A stretch of 64,000 nucleotides of DNA from an uncultured Thermoleophilia bacterium (GTDB lineage Bacteria > Actinomycetota > Thermoleophilia > RBG-16-64-13): contig CAVYVU010000001.1 in assembly GCA_963772095.1 (NCBI GenBank), forward strand, positions 5,588 to 69,587, in the 5' to 3' direction. A model generated the notes under the pieces. It was not told where the DNA came from and did no database searches. It saw only the letters and a list, made by a program, of their open reading frames with translations. This document shows, piece after piece, positions 40,514-50,793 of this stretch. The number at the start of each line of letters is the position of its first letter. The first letter of the stretch is position 1. A program made the position numbers and the translations under genes.

Positions 40514-41619
40514 GACGCGCTCGGGGGGCTTCGGTGCGGATCACGAACGACGTTGGGGGGAGAACCGGTTTGGGCGTGGAGGGAGCCAGCAAGCAGATCG
40601 ACCTGGACAACCAGGTGGCCGCCTTGCTCGTGGGCGAGAACGACAAGCACCTCCGCGCGCTCGAGCAACTGCTGAAGTGTGATATCACTCTGCGCGGCAA
40701 CCAGCTGACGCTTGAAGGCGCGAGCGACGAGGTGCAGCAAGGCTGCGAGCTCGTGGAGGAGCTACTGGGCCTTCTCCGCTCTGGACAGGGACTGGATAGC
40801 ACCACGCTGAAGCTTGCGGCGTCGCTGTCGTCCGGGCACCAGGATTGGGGCCAGGATCTCCGCAGCATCATGGGCGACGTCATCCTGGAGCATCGCGGGC
40901 GCCGCATCCGGCCCAAGACGGTCAACCAGAAGAAGTACGTGGATGCGATCCGCGCGAACACCATCACCTTCGGTATCGGGCCAGCCGGCACCGGCAAGAC
41001 CTACCTAGCCATGGCCATCGCGGCGAGCGCGCTCCTGTCCGGTGAAGTGGCCCGGATCATCCTCACCCGTCCGGCCGTCGAGGCCGGGGAGAAGCTCGGC
41101 TTTCTGCCGGGAGGGCTGATGGAGAAGGTCGATCCCTACCTGCGGCCGCTCTTCGACGCTCTCTACGACATGATGGATACCGACCGCCTCGCCGAGCACC
41201 TGCAGAGGGGCACCATCGAGGTCGCTCCGCTCGCTTACATGCGGGGCCGCACGCTGAACGACTCGTTCATCATCCTGGACGAGGCCCAGAACACTAGCCC
41301 CGAGCAGATGAAGATGTTTCTCACTCGCCTCGGCTTCGGGGCGAGAATGATCGTCACTGGAGATATCACCCAGATCGACCTACCGCATGGACAGCACTCC
41401 GGTCTGATACATGTCCGCGAAGTGCTTGGCGGCGTGCCCGACATCTCGTTCATATTCTTTGACAGCCAGGATGTCGTGCGCCATAAGCTCGTACAGGACA
41501 TAGTGTCGGCCTACAAGATCCACAGCGACGAACGGCATGACCAACGGACGGAAGGTTCTCGCGGGTCGGCCGAACGGCGGCGCGGAGGCCGGGCAAGCGG
41601 TTCCACAGGCGATCGATAG
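40510..41619 (+). CDS. phoH: PhoH-like ATPase
   Basis: [13 protein letters not shown] (Walker A), [37 protein letters not shown]. Confidence 0.92.
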   Translation: MRRARGASVRITNDVGGRTGLGVEGASKQIDLDNQVAALLVGENDKHLRALEQLLKCDITLRGNQLTLEGASDEVQQGCELVEELLGLLRSGQGLDSTTLKLAASLSSGHQDWGQDLRSIMGDVILEHRGRRIRPKTVNQKKYVDAIRANTITFGIGPAGTGKTYLAMAIAASALLSGEVARIILTRPAVEAGEKLGFLPGGLMEKVDPYLRPLFDALYDMMDTDRLAEHLQRGTIEVAPLAYMRGRTLNDSFIILDEAQNTSPEQMKMFLTRLGFGARMIVTGDITQIDLPHGQHSGLIHVREVLGGVPDISFIFFDSQDVVRHKLVQDIVSAYKIHSDERHDQRTEGSRGSAERRRGGRASGSTGDR

Positions 41620-41634
41620 CGACCCTTCGAGAAC

Positions 41635-43944
41635 ATGAACAACTTCCGCTTCAGGCTGCGCGAACGCCTCGCCAAATCCAGGGAATGGATCGACGAACGT
41701 GATCCTAGGCGCTTCGAGCTCGTGCTGCTTATCTGCCTCGTGGTTGCGCTGACAGGGATTATCTCGTCCGTCTACGTTCCGTCGCTCTACGGTTTCATCG
41801 AGGGTAGAACGGCGCCCCACACGGTCATCGCTTCCAAGACCGTGACGGCCGTAGACACTGTCGCCACCCAAAACCTGAAGAACCAGGTGGCGCAATTGGT
41901 GGAGCCGGTGTACGACGCGGACCCGCAGGCGCTCACCAAGGCCACGTACGACATGGAGGCCTTCTTCCAGAGCGCTAGCGGCCTGAGGTCTCAACTTGTC
42001 CAGCCCGGCGCGACCACCCCCGCGACGATCGGGTCGAGCACGACACTTTCGGCTACCGCGACGACGGGCACCGGCGGCGCTACCTCGCCTTCCGGGGTTG
42101 GTCTCACTCTGGACCAGGCGAAGACCAGGCTGCGGGCCGTGGCTCCCGCGACCGTTCAGGACCAGACCTTGGAGTTCCTCCTTACCACCACCGACGACAT
42201 CTTCGACCAAGCGCACCAACAGGCCCTGGGCGCGCTACGGGTCATATACGCCGACCGGATCACCGATGGCAACCTGGACTCGGCACGGACTCACCTCCGG
42301 ACCATCGTTAACACCCTCGCCGCCTCGCAGGCTGTGGCGGCTGTGATCTACGACGTGGCCGTCCCCTATGTGCGCCCGAACCAAGTGGTCGACGAGCAGC
42401 AGACGCAGGCTCGGCGGCAAGCCGCCATCGACCAGGTGTCACCCGTGATGGTGACGGTTCGGCAAGGCGAGCGGGTGGTCGAAAAGGGCGAGACGATCAC
42501 CGAGCAGACCGCGATGGTTCTTGAGGCGCTTGGTCTCGCGGAGACCCGGTCGGGATGGGAGATCTGGCTGGGCGTCTTCCTGCTGGTTGTCATCGAGATG
42601 GCGCTTTTTGCGCGGTTGCTGGCCCGGTTCAACAAGACCACGGGGTTTGCCAACAATATGCTGTTGGCGCTGACGGTCTTGCTGCTCGGGTTCACAGCGA
42701 TTTCCCGAGGGTTGATGGTCCACCCGCTCTCGGCCTACTTCATACCGGTAGCGGCGCTGGGGATGGTGGTGGCCGTGATTTTGAATGCCCGCAGTGCGAT
42801 GCTGCTGGTCGTGCTCACCGCGATCAATATCGGGCTCATGACGGACTTGAACATGGGATATGCGCTGGTCGCGCTTCTGGTGGGGGTGGTGTCGCTCCTT
42901 TTCGTCTCCCGGGTCGCCCAGCGAGCGGACTTGCTGTGGGCGGGGCTTGCCACCATGATCCTGGCAGCGTTCACGGTATTTTCCGTGGAGCTCTTCAAGC
43001 AGGCGTCGGTGGGGACCGCCCTGCGCACGAGCACGTGGGGGCTCGCTAATGGCGTGCTGGCGGGGGTGATCACGGTGCTCCTGCTGTTGATATTGGATAC
43101 GGCCTTCAACCTGACCACTCCCCTCCGACTGCTCGAACTTGCCAACCCGGCTCAGCCCTTGCTCAAGAAACTCATGCAGGTCGCGCCGGGCACCTACAAT
43201 CACAGTATCCTCATGGGCAACCTCGCGGAAGCGGCAGCCGAAGCCGTGGGAGCCGATCCCTTGCTCGCTCGGGTGGGTGCCTATTACCATGACATCGGGA
43301 AGACGGTGCGCCCCGAGTACTTCGTAGAGAACCAGATTTACGTGGACAACCCCCACGACCGGCTGAGCCCGAACCTTTCGAAACTGGCCATCACGGCCCA
43401 CGTCCGGGACGGCGAGCACCTTGCCCGTCTCTATGGATTGCCGGCTCCGGTGCTCGATATCATCCGCCAGCATCACGGCACCTCGGTAGTGGCGTACTTC
43501 TACCACAAAGCTCAGGAGACCTCGAAAGAGCCCGTGGACGAGGAGAGCTACCGGTATGAGGAGGAGAAGCCGAAGTCCAAAGAGTCGGCCATTATCATGC
43601 TCGCCGACGGCGTCGAGGCTGCCGTGCGGGCCATGCAGAACCCGACCCGCCGGAAGATCCAGGGAGTGATCCAGGAGATCATCAAACAGAAGACCCAAGA
43701 CGGGCAGTTGGACGAGTCGGCCCTCACCCAGGGAGATCTTCACAAGGTCCGCGAGGCGTTCGACACGACCCTTCGCGGCTTGGTGGGTCACCGGATCCGC
43801 TACCCGGAGAAGAACGGCGAACAGGAGCGCCGGTCTTCGCGGGTACCCCCGTCGGTGCGGGCAATGGGCGGCATGCCGGCAAACGGCAGCGGCGAGGTGC
43901 ACGGCCGTGGTCCTGACTCCTGCACTCCCCCGTCGGCCAAATGA
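41635..43944 (+). CDS. pgpH: 7TM-HD (HDIG) membrane phosphohydrolase, PgpH/YqfF-like (cyclic-di-AMP phosphodiesterase family)
   Basis: 769 aa: extracytoplasmic N-domain, seven TM helices, C-terminal HD domain (YNHSILMGNLAE...YHDIGK...HH). Confidence 0.88.
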   Translation: MNNFRFRLRERLAKSREWIDERDPRRFELVLLICLVVALTGIISSVYVPSLYGFIEGRTAPHTVIASKTVTAVDTVATQNLKNQVAQLVEPVYDADPQALTKATYDMEAFFQSASGLRSQLVQPGATTPATIGSSTTLSATATTGTGGATSPSGVGLTLDQAKTRLRAVAPATVQDQTLEFLLTTTDDIFDQAHQQALGALRVIYADRITDGNLDSARTHLRTIVNTLAASQAVAAVIYDVAVPYVRPNQVVDEQQTQARRQAAIDQVSPVMVTVRQGERVVEKGETITEQTAMVLEALGLAETRSGWEIWLGVFLLVVIEMALFARLLARFNKTTGFANNMLLALTVLLLGFTAISRGLMVHPLSAYFIPVAALGMVVAVILNARSAMLLVVLTAINIGLMTDLNMGYALVALLVGVVSLLFVSRVAQRADLLWAGLATMILAAFTVFSVELFKQASVGTALRTSTWGLANGVLAGVITVLLLLILDTAFNLTTPLRLLELANPAQPLLKKLMQVAPGTYNHSILMGNLAEAAAEAVGADPLLARVGAYYHDIGKTVRPEYFVENQIYVDNPHDRLSPNLSKLAITAHVRDGEHLARLYGLPAPVLDIIRQHHGTSVVAYFYHKAQETSKEPVDEESYRYEEEKPKSKESAIIMLADGVEAAVRAMQNPTRRKIQGVIQEIIKQKTQDGQLDESALTQGDLHKVREAFDTTLRGLVGHRIRYPEKNGEQERRSSRVPPSVRAMGGMPANGSGEVHGRGPDSCTPPSAK

Positions 43945-44459
43945 GTCCGTCCGTGGAGGTGGTCGACCAGACCACCAGTGGGCCTGGGAGCGAGCCGGTC
44001 GCGGATGTGGTCGCCCAGCTGGTCACCGCAGTCCTCGTCGCTGAGGGAATCGAGGGCTGCGTCGAGGTCGCCTTCGTGGACGAGGCAACGATCGAGGAGC
44101 TCAACACCCGCTATCGGGAAGCAGGCGAACCCACCGACGTCCTGTCCTTTCGCTATGCCGATGAGGAAGACGATTGGCCTGAGCCGGAGGGCGAAGATGC
44201 GGCGGAGGGAGCGGACGAGTTGGGCGAGATCGTAGTCTGCCCTGAGGTCGTGCGGCGCTATGCCACCGAGGAAGGAAGCGCGCCCGCGCGCCAAATGGGC
44301 TGGACCCTGATACACGGCACCCTTCATCTGGTTGGTTACGACCACGAGTCGGACGAGGGCCAGATGCGCGACAGAGAGCGAGCCCTGCTCGAGGATCTCG
44401 CTCCCTTGGTGACGGTGGGTCTGCTGCCGGAAGAGACCGACGGCCCGCCCGAGGGCTAG
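43941..44459 (+). CDS. ybeY: rRNA maturation endoribonuclease YbeY
   Basis: HGTLHLVGYDH zinc motif. ATGA overlap with pgpH. Confidence 0.9.
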   Translation: MSPSVEVVDQTTSGPGSEPVADVVAQLVTAVLVAEGIEGCVEVAFVDEATIEELNTRYREAGEPTDVLSFRYADEEDDWPEPEGEDAAEGADELGEIVVCPEVVRRYATEEGSAPARQMGWTLIHGTLHLVGYDHESDEGQMRDRERALLEDLAPLVTVGLLPEETDGPPEG

Positions 44460-44486
44460 AGTCGTCCGCCGCCGCGAGGTCTGCAG

Positions 44487-45209
44487 ATGAACCAGGATCC
44501 TGGGCGGAACACCCTGCTGCGAAGCTTCAACCATGCCTTCCAGGGGCTTGTCCACTCCGTTCGTCATCAGCGGAACATGCGGATACATTTTGGCGTAGCG
44601 CTGGTCGTGCTGGTGGGGGGTCTTTTCGCGGACCTTTCTCGCTTGGAGTTCGTGGCAGTCGCGATCTGTATCGCCTTCGTGCTCATGGCCGAACTCATCA
44701 ACACCGCCGTCGAGGCGGTCGTTGACATCATCACCGACGAGTTCGACCCTCGGGCGAAGGTTGCCAAGGATGTGGCGGCAGGTGCCGTGCTCGTCGCATC
44801 GGTCAATGCGCTGATCGTGGCCTATCTGGTCTTCTTCGACAAGCTCTCTGGGACCTCGTTCCACCTGCTCAGGACGCTGCGTAGGTCTCCGGTGCACCTC
44901 ACCGTGGTGGCCATCGCTATCGTGGCGCTCGCGGTCATCGCCGTAAAAGCGACGAGGCCCCGGGGGACTCCGCTCTCCGGCGGTCTGCCATCCGGACACG
45001 CCGCCATCGGCTTCGCCGGCTGGACCGCGGTCACGTTCGTGGCGGGCGGCACCAGCCAAGGCCTCCTGCTCAGCGCCATAGCCTTTATAATGGCGGTCCT
45101 GGTCGCACAGAGCCGGGTGGAAACGGGCATCCACTCCCTCTTTGAGGTTGTCCTCGGCGCGCTCCTGGGAATAACCGTGACCACGCTCATCTTTCAGCTC
45201 TGGTTCTGA
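44487..45209 (+). CDS. dgkA: Fusion protein: DgkA-type diacylglycerol/undecaprenol kinase + PAP2 phosphatase
   Basis: The N-terminal ~120 aa are DAGK_prokar-like (NMRIH...AELINTAVEAVVD...AKDVAAGAVL). The C-terminal half has PAP2 motifs PSGH and SRVETGIHSLFE (SRx5Hx3[D/E]). Confidence 0.8.
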   Translation: MNQDPGRNTLLRSFNHAFQGLVHSVRHQRNMRIHFGVALVVLVGGLFADLSRLEFVAVAICIAFVLMAELINTAVEAVVDIITDEFDPRAKVAKDVAAGAVLVASVNALIVAYLVFFDKLSGTSFHLLRTLRRSPVHLTVVAIAIVALAVIAVKATRPRGTPLSGGLPSGHAAIGFAGWTAVTFVAGGTSQGLLLSAIAFIMAVLVAQSRVETGIHSLFEVVLGALLGITVTTLIFQLWF

Positions 45210-45225
45210 CGGGAAGGGAGCCCGC

Positions 45226-45630
45226 GTGCACGAAGAGCAACTTTCGCCGGAACTGGGCAGGCTCATCGACGCCGCGAAGGCGGCGGCCGCTCAAGCCGGT
45301 GTCGGCGGGGCGAGGGCGGAAGGCGTGGCTATTCTGGCCGGATCCGGCAAGGTCTTCATCGGGCGCTCTGGGGAAGACCCCTCTGGGGAAGACTTCGGCT
45401 TGCCGCCATCCTGCGCCGTCGCGCGCGCGTTCTCTGCGGCGGGAAGCTCAGGAGCGGGAGACGTCCTGGCGATTGCGCTGGCGACGACAGGCGACCCCGC
45501 AGACAGTTTCGTCCCATGCGATGCATGCAAGGCCTACTTGGTCGCCCTCGATCCGGACATACCCGCGGTCACGAAACAACTCGGGCGTTGGATCATGACG
45601 CCCGTGTCGTACCTGTGCGCTGAGGTCTGA
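45226..45630 (+). CDS. Cytidine deaminase-like protein lacking the catalytic Glu (probable non-catalytic homolog)
   Basis: 134 aa in the position cdd occupies in the ybeY-dgkA-cdd-era cluster. It retains C...PCxxC (SCAVARA, VPCDACKAYL), but the C/H-A-E motif reads C-A-V. Confidence 0.55.
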   Translation: MHEEQLSPELGRLIDAAKAAAAQAGVGGARAEGVAILAGSGKVFIGRSGEDPSGEDFGLPPSCAVARAFSAAGSSGAGDVLAIALATTGDPADSFVPCDACKAYLVALDPDIPAVTKQLGRWIMTPVSYLCAEV

Positions 45631-46124
45631 TGGCCGGGGTAGGCGGCGAACTGACCATCACGCGGCTGCGCCGGCCGACCGACGAGGAACTCGTCCGGCT
45701 GGAGGCCTACGATGCCGAAGTCTTCGGCCCTACCGGACTTCGGACCTACGATCTGGCGGTGGTGGCGCAGGCGGGCGCGGTGCTCCTCGCCTGGCTGGAC
45801 GATGAGATGGTGGGCAGCTGCCAACTACTCAGGACGATGGACGAGCCCGCCTTTCTCTACGTTGTCGGCTTATACGTGAGGCCGAGGTGGCAAGGTAAAG
45901 GATTGGGCAGGGAACTGCTGCGCAAGGTGGCCGAGGAGTCGTATGCCCTCGGAGCCGACGGCTTGGTTTTGACTGTCTCGCCTGCGAATGTTCGGGCATA
46001 CAAGCTCTACATAAGCGCAGGTTTTGTGGACGAGGATTTCGTCCCGCATTTCTACGGCGCGGGCGAGGACCGCCACATATTGCGCTGGCGCTTCGAGAGG
46101 ACGGGCTTTACAGGCAGTGTATGA
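45630..46124 (+). CDS. GNAT family N-acetyltransferase
   Basis: 164 aa. Acetyl-CoA motif VRPRWQGKGLGRELL. The start overlaps the upstream stop (TGATG). Confidence 0.85.
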   Translation: MAGVGGELTITRLRRPTDEELVRLEAYDAEVFGPTGLRTYDLAVVAQAGAVLLAWLDDEMVGSCQLLRTMDEPAFLYVVGLYVRPRWQGKGLGRELLRKVAEESYALGADGLVLTVSPANVRAYKLYISAGFVDEDFVPHFYGAGEDRHILRWRFERTGFTGSV

Positions 46125-46226
46125 TTAAAAGTCCACCGCGCCTGCAGCCCCGACAACCGCGGTGGCGCGTGCGGTGGGAAACATGAATATGACCGCCATG
46201 CGGCGCGAAAGGATGAGGATGCGGCC

Positions 46227-46922
46227 GTGAGAGTTGAAGAGCTCGCCAAGACCATCGACAGCACCTTGCTCGAGGCCACGAGCACGAACGCCGCGGTCGA
46301 ACTGCTTTGCCGTGATGCGATCACGTATCATTTTGCGTCCGTCTGCGTGCTGCCTTACTCCGTGCCGCTCGTGCGGCAGCTTCTCCTGGGCTACGACGTC
46401 AAGGTGGGTACCGTCGTCTCGTTCCCGCACGGTGCCGACGCGCAGCGCACCAAGATAACTGCGGCGGAGCAGGCAGTAGCACTGGGTGCCGACGAGCTGG
46501 ACGTGGTGATGAACATCCCCGCCATGCTGTCGGGGGATTTTCGCTACGTGCGCGATGAGTTGCGGAGCATCGTCCGTTCGGTGCGGATGACCAGTGTGAA
46601 CACTGGCCGCGGACTGGTACTGGTTAAAGCCGACGTCGAGGCCTACTACCTCGATGAGAAGCTCAAGCGTCTTGTGTGCAAGATCGTGGAGGATTCCGGA
46701 GCGGACTTCATCAAGACCTCCACGGGCATGGCGCCGGGGGGCGCGACGGCGAAGGACGTGGAGCTGTTCCGGGACCTTCTGCCCGAGAGTGTTGGGGTTG
46801 ACGCATCGGGCGGCATCCGCACGGCTGAAGACGCCGAACTGATGATAAACGCGGGAGCGGCACGCATCGGGACGTCGTACGCCGCCAGTATCATCAAGCA
46901 GTTCTCCACCGACCGAGAGTAG
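46227..46922 (+). CDS. deoC: Deoxyribose-phosphate aldolase
   Basis: IDSTLL, ASVCV, VGTVVSFPHG, ADELDVVMNI, DFIKTSTG (Schiff-base Lys), ASGGIRT. Confidence 0.88.
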   Translation: MRVEELAKTIDSTLLEATSTNAAVELLCRDAITYHFASVCVLPYSVPLVRQLLLGYDVKVGTVVSFPHGADAQRTKITAAEQAVALGADELDVVMNIPAMLSGDFRYVRDELRSIVRSVRMTSVNTGRGLVLVKADVEAYYLDEKLKRLVCKIVEDSGADFIKTSTGMAPGGATAKDVELFRDLLPESVGVDASGGIRTAEDAELMINAGAARIGTSYAASIIKQFSTDRE

Positions 46923-46996
46923 GACCTGCCCGGCCGAGCGCTTTGTCTGGTCGGACTACTTCGGGCTGAGCGGTCGAGGCTAAGCGAGGTCTGCCG

Positions 46997-47713
46997 GTGA
47001 GTTCACGCTTCTTCACGACGGAAGCTCTCGTGATCGGTTCCATGCGCTTCAAGGAGGCCGACCGCATCGTGACGCTCTACACCCGGGAGCGGGGCCGCCT
47101 GAGCGGCATCGCCCGCGGGGTCCGTCGGACCAAGTCCAAGGTCGGCGGTCGTCTCGAACCCTTCACACTGTCCCAGGTAAGCCTCTATTCCGGGCGCGAT
47201 CTCTACACCGTGGTGGGGGCAGAGACGTTGCGCACATTCCAAGCTGTCCGCGACGAGCTTTTTCGCATGGAGGAAGGGGCGCGCCTCTTGAGCGCAACGC
47301 GCCATCTCTTCCCAAGCGAGGAGCGCAATACGCCGGCCTTCAATCTGCTCGTGCGGGGGGTCGCCAAGCTGGCTGAGGCCATCGACGCGGCCGAGGCCGC
47401 GAAAGTAGTCCTCGCCACCAGGCTGAAACTGTTGGCGGTTCTGGGTTACACGCCGGGCCTCGGCAGCTGCGCACATTGCGGCGGCGATGCTCCTCTTTTC
47501 GGCTTCTCGGCGAGCCTCGGGGGCGTGGTGTGCGAGTCCTGCGCGAATGAGGGCGGTGTGGCCTGCTTTCTCCTCAGCTCCGGAGCTCTGGCGACCATGA
47601 GGCTTCTGCTGGAGAGCCCCCTGACGGAACTCACTCGAATGGATGTGGACAACCTTGCCCTTACCGAAGTGGAGCAGGTGGTGAGCCAGACTCTGGCCTA
47701 TCACGGGCACTAG
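46997..47713 (+). CDS. recO: DNA repair protein RecO
   Basis: N-terminal OB fold (EALVIGSMRFKEADRIVTLYTRERG) and zinc motif CAHCG...CESC. Confidence 0.9.
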   Translation: MSSRFFTTEALVIGSMRFKEADRIVTLYTRERGRLSGIARGVRRTKSKVGGRLEPFTLSQVSLYSGRDLYTVVGAETLRTFQAVRDELFRMEEGARLLSATRHLFPSEERNTPAFNLLVRGVAKLAEAIDAAEAAKVVLATRLKLLAVLGYTPGLGSCAHCGGDAPLFGFSASLGGVVCESCANEGGVACFLLSSGALATMRLLLESPLTELTRMDVDNLALTEVEQVVSQTLAYHGH

Positions 47714-47719
47714 AAAGCC

Positions 47720-47745
47720 GTGGCGCCGGCCGCAGCCGGCGCCAC
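47720..47745. terminator. Bidirectional stem-loop between convergent recO and guaB
   Basis: GTGGCGCCGGC-CGCA-GCCGGCGCCAC: a perfect 11-bp GC stem with a 4-nt loop. It sits in the 41-nt gap between two convergent stop codons. There is no clear U-tract. Confidence 0.6.
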
Positions 47746-47754
47746 GTGCGTAGC

Positions 47755-49440
<1,686 letters not shown>

Positions 49441-49479
49441 CTATAGTAGTATGGTCGAGTCGACCTCCCTGGGGGATAC

Positions 49480-50793
49480 ATGAGGTTTCGCTTCGTCCAT
49501 GCTGCTGATCTACACCTGGACACACCATTTTCAGGACTCGCCCAGGTGTCGGAAGAGGCCGCCTCGCTGCTGCGCGATGCCTCCATCGAGGCGTTTGCTT
49601 CAGTGGTGGACCTGGCTGTCGAGAGGCAGGCGCAGTTCGTCGTGCTTGGCGGCGACCTCTACGACGGCGAGCAGCGCGGGGTGCGGGCGCAGATCGCTTT
49701 CCTGCGGGGCGTCGAGCGGCTGGCCCGGCATGGGATCAAGACCTTCGTTGTCCATGGCAACCACGATCCTCTGGGTGGCTGGTCCGCGGTGCGGAGCTGG
49801 CCTGCCGAGGTCACGATCTTTGGGTCTGAGGAGGTTTCTGCCGTTCCGGTGGAGGTTGACAGGCGGGTGCTGGCCACCGTGTTCGGCTTGAGCTACGGAC
49901 GCAAGGAAGTCAGCGAGAACCTGGCCCTGCGGTTCCCACGGGCGAGTGATCTCGGGGTTGTCCAGGGGCGCGGGGTCGATGCAGGACTCAAGATCGGGCT
50001 ATTGCATTGCTCTGTGGGTGATCAGCCCGAGCACTCCTCATATAGCCCGTGCTCTCTGGCCGACCTCACGGGTGCCGGCATGGATTATTGGGCCCTTGGC
50101 CACATCCACCGTGGGCAGATATTGCGGCAGGGGGAACCCTGGGTCGTCTATCCAGGCGACACGCAGGGCCGCAGCCCGAAGCCCGCGGAGCTCGGGCCAA
50201 AGGGCGCGATGGTCGTCGAGGTCGAGGACTCTCGTGTGAGCCGCGTGGACTTCTTTCCCACCGACGCCGTGCGTTTCGTCAGTCTCGAGGTCGACGTCTC
50301 TATGCTGGATCAGGATGCGGACGTGGGCTCGTTGCGTCAGGAGCTGCTGGCGCGAGCGGCGCGGGCCCGCGATGAGAATCCCGGTCGCGCCCTCCTTGCA
50401 AGGGTGAGCGTGACGGGCCGAGGGGCGTTGCACCACGACCTGGCTACGCCATGCGCCTCTGAAGACCTCCTGCGCGACTTGCGCGACGAGTTCAACGGTG
50501 AGCGTCCGTTCTTCTGGTGGGAGAGCCTGCGCAACCACTCGAGGCCAGAGGTCGATCTGGACGTGGTCCGAGCTCGGGATGACTTCAGTTCGAGCGTGCT
50601 GGCCCTGTCAGAGACCATCGCCGGCGATCCGGAAGCGCTAGGCAGGCTGGTGCGCGAGCTGAGTCCCACGGCGCCGGTCGGCCTAAGCCGTAATACTGAA
50701 CCGCTAGGCGAGGGCGAAGTGTCAGATGTGCTCGAAGATGCCCGCTCACTGGCGCTTTCGCTGCTTGAAGAGGAGGCCGGCTCGTGCGCGTGA
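49480..50793 (+). CDS. Metallophosphoesterase DNA-repair exonuclease, SbcD/Mre11-like (YhaO/SbcF-like)
   Basis: Calcineurin-like motifs HAADLHLD, GGDLYD, GNHD, GHIH; 437 aa. Confidence 0.85.
   Translation: MRFRFVHAADLHLDTPFSGLAQVSEEAASLLRDASIEAFASVVDLAVERQAQFVVLGGDLYDGEQRGVRAQIAFLRGVERLARHGIKTFVVHGNHDPLGGWSAVRSWPAEVTIFGSEEVSAVPVEVDRRVLATVFGLSYGRKEVSENLALRFPRASDLGVVQGRGVDAGLKIGLLHCSVGDQPEHSSYSPCSLADLTGAGMDYWALGHIHRGQILRQGEPWVVYPGDTQGRSPKPAELGPKGAMVVEVEDSRVSRVDFFPTDAVRFVSLEVDVSMLDQDADVGSLRQELLARAARARDENPGRALLARVSVTGRGALHHDLATPCASEDLLRDLRDEFNGERPFFWWESLRNHSRPEVDLDVVRARDDFSSSVLALSETIAGDPEALGRLVRELSPTAPVGLSRNTEPLGEGEVSDVLEDARSLALSLLEEEAGSCA

Noticed and set aside
46125-46226. The stem CCACCGCG...CGCGGTGG after the GNAT gene as a rho-independent terminator.
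   Set aside because: It is an 8-bp stem with a 16-nt loop and no U-tract, and it lies directly upstream of the same-strand deoC. The evidence is too weak to call.
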